From the IMG/VR virus record IMGVR_UViG_3300025012_000032: a stretch of DNA of 37,747 nt; one strand, 5' to 3'. The stretch is from a virus. Its lineage: Duplodnaviria > Heunggongvirae > Uroviricota > Caudoviricetes. Below, one piece after another: positions 28,338 to 36,669 of this stretch. The position numbers and the translations under genes were made by a program. The notes below the pieces were generated by a model. The model saw only the letters and a program-made list of their open reading frames with translations, searched no databases and was not told the origin of the DNA. How positions within the stretch are numbered: the first letter of the stretch is position 1; every line of letters starts with the position of its first letter.

Positions 28338-28508
28338 ATGAGCAACATATGTCATTCTTGTGGAGAAGAACTTCCCATAGATCACGCTTGTAAAATGAGA
28401 ATTGAAGAAGATGGTAATATTTCTAGTTATCATATTTATTGTCCAGAACCCAAAAAGTGTCCTGATTGCGGTTATCATAGAAATGTATGTGAAGAATGTT
28501 GTGAATAA
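28338..28508 (+). CDS. Cys-rich microprotein (not in ORF track)
   Basis: AAAAGGAG RBS; MSNICHSCGE...CPDCG...CEECCE*. Confidence 0.6.
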   Translation: MSNICHSCGEELPIDHACKMRIEEDGNISSYHIYCPEPKKCPDCGYHRNVCEECCE

Positions 28509-28927
28509 GTTAAAACTTATAAAGGAGAGTTTAATTGTGTGTGAGAATAATAAAGAACATAAACATATTACGATTAATATTTTGCCTCAAAGTCCTGTTG
28601 CTTGGTTTTTCATAATGTGGATTGGAATATTTTTTTGCTTGTGCTTGGGGAGGTAAATAAATATTAAAGTAATAAGTTAATAATAAGGAGGAAAAATAAT
28701 GTTTAAATTAGAATTATCAAAAGTTTCAGGGATTTTAGTTGAGCAATCAAAATTATTTGAATGTGATTTAAAAACTGCGTGGGAAAAGTGGATGCATCCT
28801 GCGATTACAGAGCAATTTACATATGAAGAAGTTAGATTGTTTATAGAGGGGAATAAAAGGAAGTGTAATAGATGAGTTGTTATGCTTTTGAATGGGAATT
28901 TGGTAGATAAAATGATATGAGGAGTGT

Positions 28928-29641
28928 TTGATATTGAAATTACTAGGTGGTAGAGCAGGATACAATAGTGTAATGTTTGAATCAGAAACACATACTTCAA
29001 TAGCAATAAGAAAAGGTAATGATGTAGTAGTAGTAAACAAAAACATCAAGGATAATAAGGAGATAAAATTAGAGGAACTTATATATAAAATACCATTTGT
29101 AAGAGCGTATTGGATTATATTTAAGATTATATTTACAAAATTTGGTTTGTTATTATTGGCATTTAGTCTTATTTATTCTTATTGTTTGTACAATTTTGAA
29201 CCAAGCAGTCTACAAAACAGCAACTATCATAATTTTATTATATTGCCGATTTTAATGTTGTTGTTTAATAAATTCAGTAAAACGAAATATTATCATGGAG
29301 CAGAACATAAGGTAGTAAATGATTACGAGAAAAATGGAAAAGTAAAAATAGAAACGTCAATAAATCAAAGTTGTGTAAACGATGATTGTGGAACTAATTT
29401 ATGGGTAGGATTAATGATAATTTCTGGATTATTGGTTACATTCTTTCATTCTGGAGCAATGTTATTAGGATGGGGTATTACATATGAAGCAATGAGATCA
29501 GATAATAGGGTTGTAATGTGGATTGTTAAACCGATTTATTTTGTAGGAAGTTTATTGCAGAAATATGTTTTTACTAGTGAACCAAGTATAGAGCAATTAG
29601 AGGTTGCTGTGAGGGCATTTAAGGGGTTGGAGGAGGAATAA
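28928..29641 (+). CDS. DUF1385 (YqhQ-like) membrane protein
   Basis: GG.AG.N.V...IPFVRAY...YHGAEHKVVN...CGTN...QKYVFTSEP...LEVA. Confidence 0.85.
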   Translation: MILKLLGGRAGYNSVMFESETHTSIAIRKGNDVVVVNKNIKDNKEIKLEELIYKIPFVRAYWIIFKIIFTKFGLLLLAFSLIYSYCLYNFEPSSLQNSNYHNFIILPILMLLFNKFSKTKYYHGAEHKVVNDYEKNGKVKIETSINQSCVNDDCGTNLWVGLMIISGLLVTFFHSGAMLLGWGITYEAMRSDNRVVMWIVKPIYFVGSLLQKYVFTSEPSIEQLEVAVRAFKGLEEE

Positions 29642-29644
29642 TAA

Positions 29645-30037
29645 ATGTTAGGAAAGTATCTTAAAGACCTTGGTATAAAAGAGGATAATACTCCTCAAGG
29701 GTGGAATAAAGATGATTCAAGACAAGAACGATGGATTAAAGAAAGAGAAATATATGGTTTTGATGAAAAAGAAACTTGGTCAATGGATTTTACATTTAAG
29801 CTATGGTTGTATGAAAGATTGTCTATGTATAATGAAGTAAATGGTATTGACACATCTTTTCATAAATACGAGTTTAAAGGTGAGACAATTACGTTTCAAG
29901 AATGTATTGATAGGATGCTGGATGGGTTGAAGATTGAGTTGACTGTTGACGAATATAGAAGGACTGAAGAGCAGAAAGAAAAAGTAGAAGATATAGTAAA
30001 TATATTTGCTTTGTGTTTGCCTAGTTTGTGGTGGTAG
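29645..30037 (+). CDS. Conserved phage hypothetical protein
   Basis: YGFDEKETWSMD...FALCLPSLWW. Confidence 0.7.
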   Translation: MLGKYLKDLGIKEDNTPQGWNKDDSRQERWIKEREIYGFDEKETWSMDFTFKLWLYERLSMYNEVNGIDTSFHKYEFKGETITFQECIDRMLDGLKIELTVDEYRRTEEQKEKVEDIVNIFALCLPSLWW

Positions 30038-30160
30038 GTGATTGGAATATAAGGGATGTGACTCGGAATGTAAAAATAAATATTTAATTATATGAATAGG
30101 ACAAAATGAAATTGTCTATAATATAATCACAAGGAAATAAAAAAGGAGTGTGATTATATT

Positions 30161-30559
30161 ATGCAAAATGTAATAAATAAAGTTCAGCATGAGATTAAAA
30201 GAGGTGATATTTTTCTAGCAAATCTAGGTGAAGGAATAGGTTCTATCCAAGGTGGTTTTATGCGTCCGATGATTGTGGTAGCGAATACAATGTGCTGTAA
30301 GTATTCTAGTGTAATTCATGCGGTGCCAACGACAACAAAATCCAAAAAGTATATCCCTACGCATGTAGAAATTTCAATCAATACTGGATTAAGGATAGTT
30401 TCTATAGCTCTTTGTGAACAAGTACAACTGTTAAATCGAGCTATGTTCATAGAAAAAATCGGACATTGCGATAATTACATAATGGATAAGATTTCAAATG
30501 CATTGAGAATACAGTTTGATATTGGTGAGATTAAAAATAATGTTGCTTATGCAAATTAA
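30161..30559 (+). CDS. PemK/MazF-family protein
   Basis: IKRGDIFLANL...GSIQGG.RPMIVVAN...AVPTTT...THVEI...SIALCEQVQ. Confidence 0.88.
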   Translation: MQNVINKVQHEIKRGDIFLANLGEGIGSIQGGFMRPMIVVANTMCCKYSSVIHAVPTTTKSKKYIPTHVEISINTGLRIVSIALCEQVQLLNRAMFIEKIGHCDNYIMDKISNALRIQFDIGEIKNNVAYAN

Positions 30560-30581
30560 GAAGGAGAGATATAATTAGATA

Positions 30582-32183
30582 TTGGCTATAAGAAAAACAA
30601 CAGAACAATATAAATTAGAATTAGAAGAAGTAAATAAAATTAACAACACCAATATAAAATTAAAAGAGGGGATTGAGTATGAAGGTGCATTAACAAAAAT
30701 ATGGCATATCTGCTCTTGTGGTAAAGATTGGTTTTCTACACCTAGTAGTATAATATCTTTAAAATCCAAATCATGTGGTTTATGTTGTTCCTTTGCAGAA
30801 AAAGGAATTAATGATTTGGGAGAAGATTTTTTAGAAAAATATTGGGATTATAAAACAAATGATGAATTAGGGATTGATCCGTGGAAAATAAGTCATAGAT
30901 CAGAAAAAGATGTGTATATATTTTGTAAAAAAGTAGATTATCATGGTAGTTATAAAGTGCGATGTGCTGATTTTAGCACAGGGAGTAGGTGTGGTTATTG
31001 TCAAGGATACTATTTAGTACATCCACTAGATAGTTATGGTCAGTTTTTAATAGACTCATTTGGAATTACAGCGTTAGAATTGTATTGGGATTATGATGAA
31101 AATATAATTGATCCTTTTAAAATTACAAAGCAGTCAAATAAAAAGGTATATATAAAATGTCAAGTAAAAGAATATCATGGGAGTTATGGGGTAAGATGTG
31201 GAGATTTTGTAAAAGGGGATAGATGTGGATATTGTGGAGGTAAAAAAGTACATCCATTAGATAGTCTAGGGACATTATATCAAGAAGTATTAGGAATATG
31301 GTCTGATATAAATAAAAAGTCTCCTTATGAATATATGTCTGGAAGCGACGAAGAAGTTTGGTTTAAATGTGGTAATAAGAAGCATGAAGATTACCAAAAG
31401 AGAATATATAACGCAGTAAATTGTAATTTTAAATGTCCAACATGTTCACAAGAACAAAAAGAATCTGTTATGGCATCCACATTAAAACAAGTGTTGAGAT
31501 GGGAATACAGTCATACAGAATGGGAATTCGATGCAGGATTTAAAATACATAATAATATAAGCAGATATGATATATATGTTCCAGAATTGAACAACTTATT
31601 AATAGAATGTCAAAGTGAATACCATGATAATGACAAACGAATTAAAGTAGATCAACTTAAAAAAGAATTTGCTATTAATAATGAATATGAATATATAGCA
31701 ATAGATAAAAGAGATTTTACTATAATAGAAATATTGAGATTTTTTATACCGCATATAGATAAAATCCCAGATTATGTACAGATAGACAAAAATACTACAA
31801 GAAATTGGGATATAGAAAAAGCTCAAAAACTACTCGATAGTGGTCATACATATGCAGATATAGCTAATATATTAGAAACTTCAGTTACATCAATACGTGC
31901 CAGTGTAGGTGGCAATTGGTTAATTAAACCAAATAATTATCAAGTACAAGGTGCAAATATTGCTTGTTTATCTATGGATAATAGTTTAATAAAAACATAT
32001 AATTCTGTTACATCTGCTGCCAAGGATTTAGGAAAGGCAAATGGAACAAGTATTAGTTCTTGTTTAACCAAAAAACCTCGTTCTGATACAGGTAAAATAC
32101 GTGAGGCAGCCTTTGGATTTAAGTGGATGTATCTAGAAGATTATGAGAATATGATTAAAGATCAAAATAATAAACCTCCGTAG
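30582..32183 (+). CDS. Free-standing homing-endonuclease-like protein: zinc-ribbon (DUF4379-like) repeats, PD-(D/E)xK nuclease, NUMOD1-like tail
   Basis: Repeated C..H..Y...C.YC units; RYDIYVPELNNLLIECQSEYH; TYNSVTSAAKDLG...AFGFKW. Confidence 0.72.
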   Translation: MAIRKTTEQYKLELEEVNKINNTNIKLKEGIEYEGALTKIWHICSCGKDWFSTPSSIISLKSKSCGLCCSFAEKGINDLGEDFLEKYWDYKTNDELGIDPWKISHRSEKDVYIFCKKVDYHGSYKVRCADFSTGSRCGYCQGYYLVHPLDSYGQFLIDSFGITALELYWDYDENIIDPFKITKQSNKKVYIKCQVKEYHGSYGVRCGDFVKGDRCGYCGGKKVHPLDSLGTLYQEVLGIWSDINKKSPYEYMSGSDEEVWFKCGNKKHEDYQKRIYNAVNCNFKCPTCSQEQKESVMASTLKQVLRWEYSHTEWEFDAGFKIHNNISRYDIYVPELNNLLIECQSEYHDNDKRIKVDQLKKEFAINNEYEYIAIDKRDFTIIEILRFFIPHIDKIPDYVQIDKNTTRNWDIEKAQKLLDSGHTYADIANILETSVTSIRASVGGNWLIKPNNYQVQGANIACLSMDNSLIKTYNSVTSAAKDLGKANGTSISSCLTKKPRSDTGKIREAAFGFKWMYLEDYENMIKDQNNKPP

Positions 32184-32252
32184 AATACATAATTATTAAT
32201 AAATACATAGACTAAAAATAAATTACAATAGTAAAGGAGAGATACAAAATAA

Positions 32253-32951
32253 ATGGATTTAATTACACTAGCAACAAAAACAACATATAAATTGCTTAAA
32301 GTAGATAATATAATTGATTTGTTTGATCAAAATGATTTCAATAAAGTTAAGAAAGTAGTAAAAAAATATAGGAATATGGATATTGAGGCAACAAAATCTC
32401 AAGTACAACAATTAGCCGAAAATGGAATTAGAAATTTTTGGAGCGAAGTGTTCAAATATATAATTGTATTGTCAATTGCAAGTTATTTTAATATATTTAC
32501 CCCTACTTTCTTTGTAATGAATGCCTTCTCTGCCCTCAGAGCATTGGCTGGAGGAGTACATATGTCAACCATAGGAAAATGCTTTGCAATGATGGTTCTA
32601 TTCTTCTTATCACTAGGATATCTAATTAGCATATTACATATAAATACGTTAATATTAGTAGTAGGAATATCATTTGGATCTATGTGGAACGTATATATAG
32701 CAAAAAAATATTCACCACAAGAAAGACCAGATAAATCAGATAAAGATTGTGACCGTGGTAATATAAAGAAGTATAAGACAATAAAGTTTATTAAATTCTC
32801 ATATATAATTAGTATGATATTAATATTGTTTACTCAAAAATACATAATTGGAATTAGTATATTTGCAGGTGTTTTACTTGAGATGGTAACAATTACACCT
32901 ATGGGAACGAGAGTTTTCCAATGGATAGATGGTAAGAAGGTGATTATGTGA
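32253..32951 (+). CDS. agrB: AgrB-family autoinducing-peptide maturation protein
   Basis: LRALAGGVHMST.GKC (AgrB R..GG.H...C catalytic signature), multi-TM, YSPQ. Confidence 0.85.
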   Translation: MDLITLATKTTYKLLKVDNIIDLFDQNDFNKVKKVVKKYRNMDIEATKSQVQQLAENGIRNFWSEVFKYIIVLSIASYFNIFTPTFFVMNAFSALRALAGGVHMSTIGKCFAMMVLFFLSLGYLISILHINTLILVVGISFGSMWNVYIAKKYSPQERPDKSDKDCDRGNIKKYKTIKFIKFSYIISMILILFTQKYIIGISIFAGVLLEMVTITPMGTRVFQWIDGKKVIM

Positions 32952-33574
32952 TCGAAGTAGTAGTGTTTACGTTCATTTTTGCGTGGTTCAAGGGATATAG
33001 ATGGAAGGTATTAAATTTGTTTAAGCATTGGAGTATATATCCTATTGCATTTACTTGTTTATTGCATATCTACATTATCTATTTGATGATGCATGGAGAA
33101 TATTGGTTTATGGAATATGCCAAATACATAAAAATTGTATCTATATTATTTTATTTAGGTTTGATTTGTAAATATAAACTATTCGACATATCTATCTTTA
33201 AGAAAATTAATATTAAAGAGAACACTATATTAACCCATTTTACATCTCCTGTTTCTTTAGGTGTGTTATGTATGGGTATAGGATCTGTCTTAAATGTTAT
33301 CGCTATGAAATTTAACGATTCAAAAATGCCTGTTTTTGCAAGTGTAAGTTTCGGTACAGGATATTCAAAAATAGATATGTTTGATAAAATGTTACAATAC
33401 AAAGATTTCCATATATTTGGAAGTAATAATACTAATCTAATATTTTTGACCGATTACATAGATGTTTTTATATCTATTATGAGCATAGGAGACCTACTTA
33501 ATAGAGTTTTTGTTGTTTTGGTAATATATTACTCAATAAAAGTATGTTATCATAAATTAATAAATAATATTTAG
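32948..33574 (+). CDS. DUF5317-like membrane protein
   Basis: G..LN.IA.KFN..KMPV and TNLIFLTDYI...SIGDLL pattern; ATGTGA-type overlap with agrB. Confidence 0.65.
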   Translation: MIEVVVFTFIFAWFKGYRWKVLNLFKHWSIYPIAFTCLLHIYIIYLMMHGEYWFMEYAKYIKIVSILFYLGLICKYKLFDISIFKKINIKENTILTHFTSPVSLGVLCMGIGSVLNVIAMKFNDSKMPVFASVSFGTGYSKIDMFDKMLQYKDFHIFGSNNTNLIFLTDYIDVFISIMSIGDLLNRVFVVLVIYYSIKVCYHKLINNI

Positions 33575-33603
33575 TTGACAAGCGATGAAAGGAGGTGTAT
33601 ACT
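33575..33603 (+). promoter_or_regulatory. Sigma-A promoter TTGACA-N17-TATACT (TG adjacent)
   Basis: Near-consensus hexamers at 33575-33580 and 33598-33603. Confidence 0.75.
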
Positions 33604-33636
33604 TATCACATAGCAAAGAAAAGTTTAGAGGAGTAG

Positions 33637-34437
33637 ATGATTATGTTGGAAAATATTATTCATGGTGCATTAAGTTGTATTTGTATCACAATTCCAGAAT
33701 TTATGTTTATGATAATTGTTACATTAAAACTAATGAAAAGAAAAGAACTGTTGGATTTATATAATATAAAAAACAATACTATATCAATTTTAAAAGTAGT
33801 GATTCCTTCAGCATTTTTATTAGACATTCTAAATTATATTATCAAAACACCTCCAACCATAAATAAAACAATATCATTTATTACTTTATACATATTTTTA
33901 ATTATTGTACTAAGTACAAAAGAACATTCATATGTTGAGTATTCAAAATTGAAAGAAAAAGCCTTTAAATATTTTACAAAAAGCATATTACTTGCAATAG
34001 CAATTGAATCAATAACTTATCCAATTATTTTACAATTAACTAATAAAAATTATGAGGAAATTAAATTGAACTTCTATTTAGTTATTATATGTTCATTAGC
34101 ATCAAGGATAATAAACATTGTAATAATTTGTTATATTCTTATAAAAAAGAATGACAAATTTCAAATGGACTTAGGCGATTATATATTAAATAACAAATTT
34201 TTTATGAGATCAACGTCTGGAATAACCATAGGATTACTACTATATGAGATATATTTTGTAAAACTAATAATTTACAATAATTTATTATCTGTCATTGGTA
34301 ATATATACGAACAGTTGTTTATAGTAATAGGTTCTACCTTTTTAATTCCTGCGTTAATAACCACATTAGTTTATTCTTATATAAATTATTGTGTTATGCT
34401 TAATAGATGTGAGAAGCAGACTGTCAGAGATGACTGA
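33637..34437 (+). CDS. Multi-TM membrane protein, AgrC-sensor-like, without a kinase domain (paralog 1)
   Basis: About 6-7 hydrophobic segments, no H-box or ATPase domain; aligns by eye with 35678..36469. Confidence 0.6.
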   Translation: MIMLENIIHGALSCICITIPEFMFMIIVTLKLMKRKELLDLYNIKNNTISILKVVIPSAFLLDILNYIIKTPPTINKTISFITLYIFLIIVLSTKEHSYVEYSKLKEKAFKYFTKSILLAIAIESITYPIILQLTNKNYEEIKLNFYLVIICSLASRIINIVIICYILIKKNDKFQMDLGDYILNNKFFMRSTSGITIGLLLYEIYFVKLIIYNNLLSVIGNIYEQLFIVIGSTFLIPALITTLVYSYINYCVMLNRCEKQTVRDD

Positions 34438-34476
34438 TCTGATTTTTCAAATATATTATAAAAGGAGGTGAAAACA

Positions 34477-34584
34477 ATGAAAAAGAATATCGTAATTGGT
34501 TTTGTGGCAATCGCCGCTTTTGCAGCAGTAATGTCCTCTGCTATCATTTGGAATCAATCAGAAACCCCTAATTGTATCGCTTAG
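34477..34584 (+). CDS. agrD: AgrD-like cyclic autoinducer propeptide, 35 aa (not in ORF track)
   Basis: AAAGGAGGTG RBS; MKKNIVIGFVAIAAFAAVMSSAIIWNQSETPNCIA*: amphipathic leader, S-x-x-x-W core and Q-x-E-x-P tail as in AgrD; linked to agrB. Confidence 0.75.
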   Translation: MKKNIVIGFVAIAAFAAVMSSAIIWNQSETPNCIA

Positions 34585-34599
34585 TACATACCCAATTTT

Positions 34600-34628
34600 A
34601 AGGAGGGAGTTTTATACTCTCTCCTTTT
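34600..34628 (+). terminator. Intrinsic terminator after agrD
   Basis: AAGGAGGGAGT-tttat-ACTCTCTCCTT followed by further T residues. Confidence 0.7.
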
Positions 34629-34656
34629 GAATTATAAAATAATTTATAAATACCTA

Positions 34657-34685
34657 TTGACATACTAACATCATTGCTGTATCAT
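34657..34685 (+). promoter_or_regulatory. Sigma-A promoter TTGACA-N17-TATCAT for the HTH-MazF gene
   Basis: Hexamers at 34657-34662 and 34680-34685. Confidence 0.7.
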
Positions 34686-34740
34686 TGTAAATATAAAGTA
34701 TGTATTCAGAAAATTTATATTTACAATTTATGAAGGGTGG

Positions 34741-35568
34741 ATGATTAATATGTTTGGATTAAGAAAGAAGAGTGAATTAGTCAAATCAAATGAGGTAAAG
34801 GATTTTAAAAAACTCGCTAATTTGGTAAAGATTGCTGTCGGATGTAATACGGTTTCAGAATTTGCAGGGAGAAATGGAATACCAAATTCGGCTAAAACCA
34901 TAGCTAACATTATGCATGAAAAAATAACTACATACCCAGAACTTTGGCTTCTTAAAAAAATTGCTTTAGGTTCAGAATTTAGAGTCTCATTTAATGATTT
35001 AAGAATCGCGTGCGGTTATAATTTAAACGATACAGGAGTTGATCTAAGAAGTGTAAGTGCAATGAGAGGGTGGATCGCATTATGTGATTATGGAATTGTT
35101 GCAGGGAGTGAGCAATCGGGAGTTAGGCCGTCCCTAATAATTTCCAATAATGTCGGAAATTGTCGAGGTACTATTTTAATGGCAATCCCTTTATCTAGTA
35201 AAATAATGAAAAATACTATGCCGACCCACGTAAGAATATCTCCTCAAGAATGCGGATTAGCTCAGGAATCTGAAATTTTAGTTGAGCAAATGCGAGTGGT
35301 ATCAAAAAGTCGGTTGATGATTGATGGTTATATCCAACCAATTTGTGAATGTCCCGAAGATGTTCTTCGTAAGGTGGAAATCGCAATCATGATAGAAACT
35401 GGCATGGTTCACACAAAGGCTAAAGAATCTACTGTAGATAGATTCTTAAACAAACTTAATGAGTACGTAAACAAAGAGGAAGAGAGTCGTCTTGCTCATA
35501 TCAGAAGTGATAACTTTAATAATAACTTTAATACACCATTATCACAGCAACAAAGGGTAGCATATTAG
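34741..35568 (+). CDS. N-terminal HTH-like domain fused to a PemK/MazF domain
   Basis: C-half RGWIALCDYG...GSEQSGVRPSLIISNN.GN...AIPLSS...THV...SEILVEQMRVVSKSRL; N-half XRE-like (VSEFAGRNG...TIANI...LKKIA...LRIACGY). Confidence 0.75.
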   Translation: MINMFGLRKKSELVKSNEVKDFKKLANLVKIAVGCNTVSEFAGRNGIPNSAKTIANIMHEKITTYPELWLLKKIALGSEFRVSFNDLRIACGYNLNDTGVDLRSVSAMRGWIALCDYGIVAGSEQSGVRPSLIISNNVGNCRGTILMAIPLSSKIMKNTMPTHVRISPQECGLAQESEILVEQMRVVSKSRLMIDGYIQPICECPEDVLRKVEIAIMIETGMVHTKAKESTVDRFLNKLNEYVNKEEESRLAHIRSDNFNNNFNTPLSQQQRVAY

Positions 35569-35583
35569 AATGAAAATAAAATT

Positions 35584-35642
35584 GATGGTCATTATATAAA
35601 TTCATAAATATTTATCACACAATGATTTTATAATGACCATCT
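35584..35642. other. 13-bp perfect inverted repeat with a 33-bp spacer
   Basis: GATGGTCATTATA (35584-35596) / TATAATGACCATC (35630-35642). Confidence 0.75.
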
Positions 35643-35677
35643 CTACAATCAAAATAAAATAAAAAGGAGTAACTAAC

Positions 35678-36469
35678 ATGCAAACACTATCCCTACCCCA
35701 CATCATCCTAAACATAATATTCACATCGCTCCCAGAAGAAGGATTCGTCGCAATAATAACACTAATCTTCCTAAAACTAAATAACCTCCTAGACATTTAT
35801 ACATGGAATAGAAGTCTAAAATGGATTGCTCTAGCTGTATTACCAGTATCTATCCTTATAAACATCTTCAAATACATAATTCTTGTTCCAAAGCAAAATA
35901 TGATGATATCAACCATGATTCTAATGATACTACTTATGGAATTTATAGTCCTAAACAACAGTTTCAATATAACTATCTCCCTAATACTAAAAACAGCAAT
36001 TTACACAATCGCAGGATTTGTCATTGTAGGACTAGTAGAATTATCATATTGTCCATTTATATTATCAATAGTTGATAAACCAATATCATTCTTCAATGAC
36101 AATGTTTTCTATAATTTTCTATTAGGTATCCCTGCGAGAGTATTATATTTATGTGTAATTTCGTTTGTTGTAATGAGAAGAAATAATTCAGTTCATGTTG
36201 ATTTATTTAGAGCAGTATTTAAAAACAAATTCTTTGTATTTAGTTTTATAACAATTGTATTGGCTAGAATTTCTGCAATTGCATATGTTGTAAAACTAGT
36301 AAACAATAATCATATTCTAATTAATCTACAAATTATGGATCAATTAATCATTATGGTTGTAACAATGTCTATTCCAGTAATATTGGTTACTTGGTTTTTG
36401 ATGTTTGTTAATAATTTATTGTGTAAAGAGCAGATGAAGTTTCAGACTTATGAGAATATGATTAATTAA
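35678..36469 (+). CDS. Multi-TM membrane protein, AgrC-sensor-like, without a kinase domain (paralog 2)
   Basis: Shares PE..F..I.TL..K...LLD.Y, YII..P, DL......NKFF and QL.I with 33637..34437. Confidence 0.6.
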   Translation: MQTLSLPHIILNIIFTSLPEEGFVAIITLIFLKLNNLLDIYTWNRSLKWIALAVLPVSILINIFKYIILVPKQNMMISTMILMILLMEFIVLNNSFNITISLILKTAIYTIAGFVIVGLVELSYCPFILSIVDKPISFFNDNVFYNFLLGIPARVLYLCVISFVVMRRNNSVHVDLFRAVFKNKFFVFSFITIVLARISAIAYVVKLVNNNHILINLQIMDQLIIMVVTMSIPVILVTWFLMFVNNLLCKEQMKFQTYENMIN

Positions 36470-36507
36470 GGTGGAAAGGTGATAATCAAGTGTATAAAAT
36501 AAATTAT

Positions 36508-36596
36508 TTGACATTGTGCAATCAATAATGTTATAATAATAAATATAAAAGTAATCAAGCATCTTCTTGACGTATCGGCATATTATATATTATAAT
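36508..36596 (+). promoter_or_regulatory. Two tandem sigma-A-like promoters (TTGACA-N18-TATAAT with TGn; TTGACG-N18-TATAAT)
   Basis: 36508-36537 and 36567-36596. Confidence 0.6.
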
Positions 36597-36669
36597 AGCA
36601 TTGCGTATTATTAACCAATACATAGCAACATAACTTGTTGCTGATATGTCAAAAGGAGGAATAAATATT

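Noticed and set aside
24241-36075. Plus-strand alternative-frame ORFs 24241..24438, 28402..28656, 28768..29049 and 35821..36075
   Set aside because: They overlap better-supported genes in another frame (24183..24485, 28338..28508, 28928..29641, 35678..36469) and lack strong RBSs.
32253-36469. Canonical four-gene agrBDCA or arbitrium aimR/aimP
   Set aside because: There is no histidine kinase H-box or ATPase domain, no LytTR response regulator, and no TPR/RRNPP receptor in the window.
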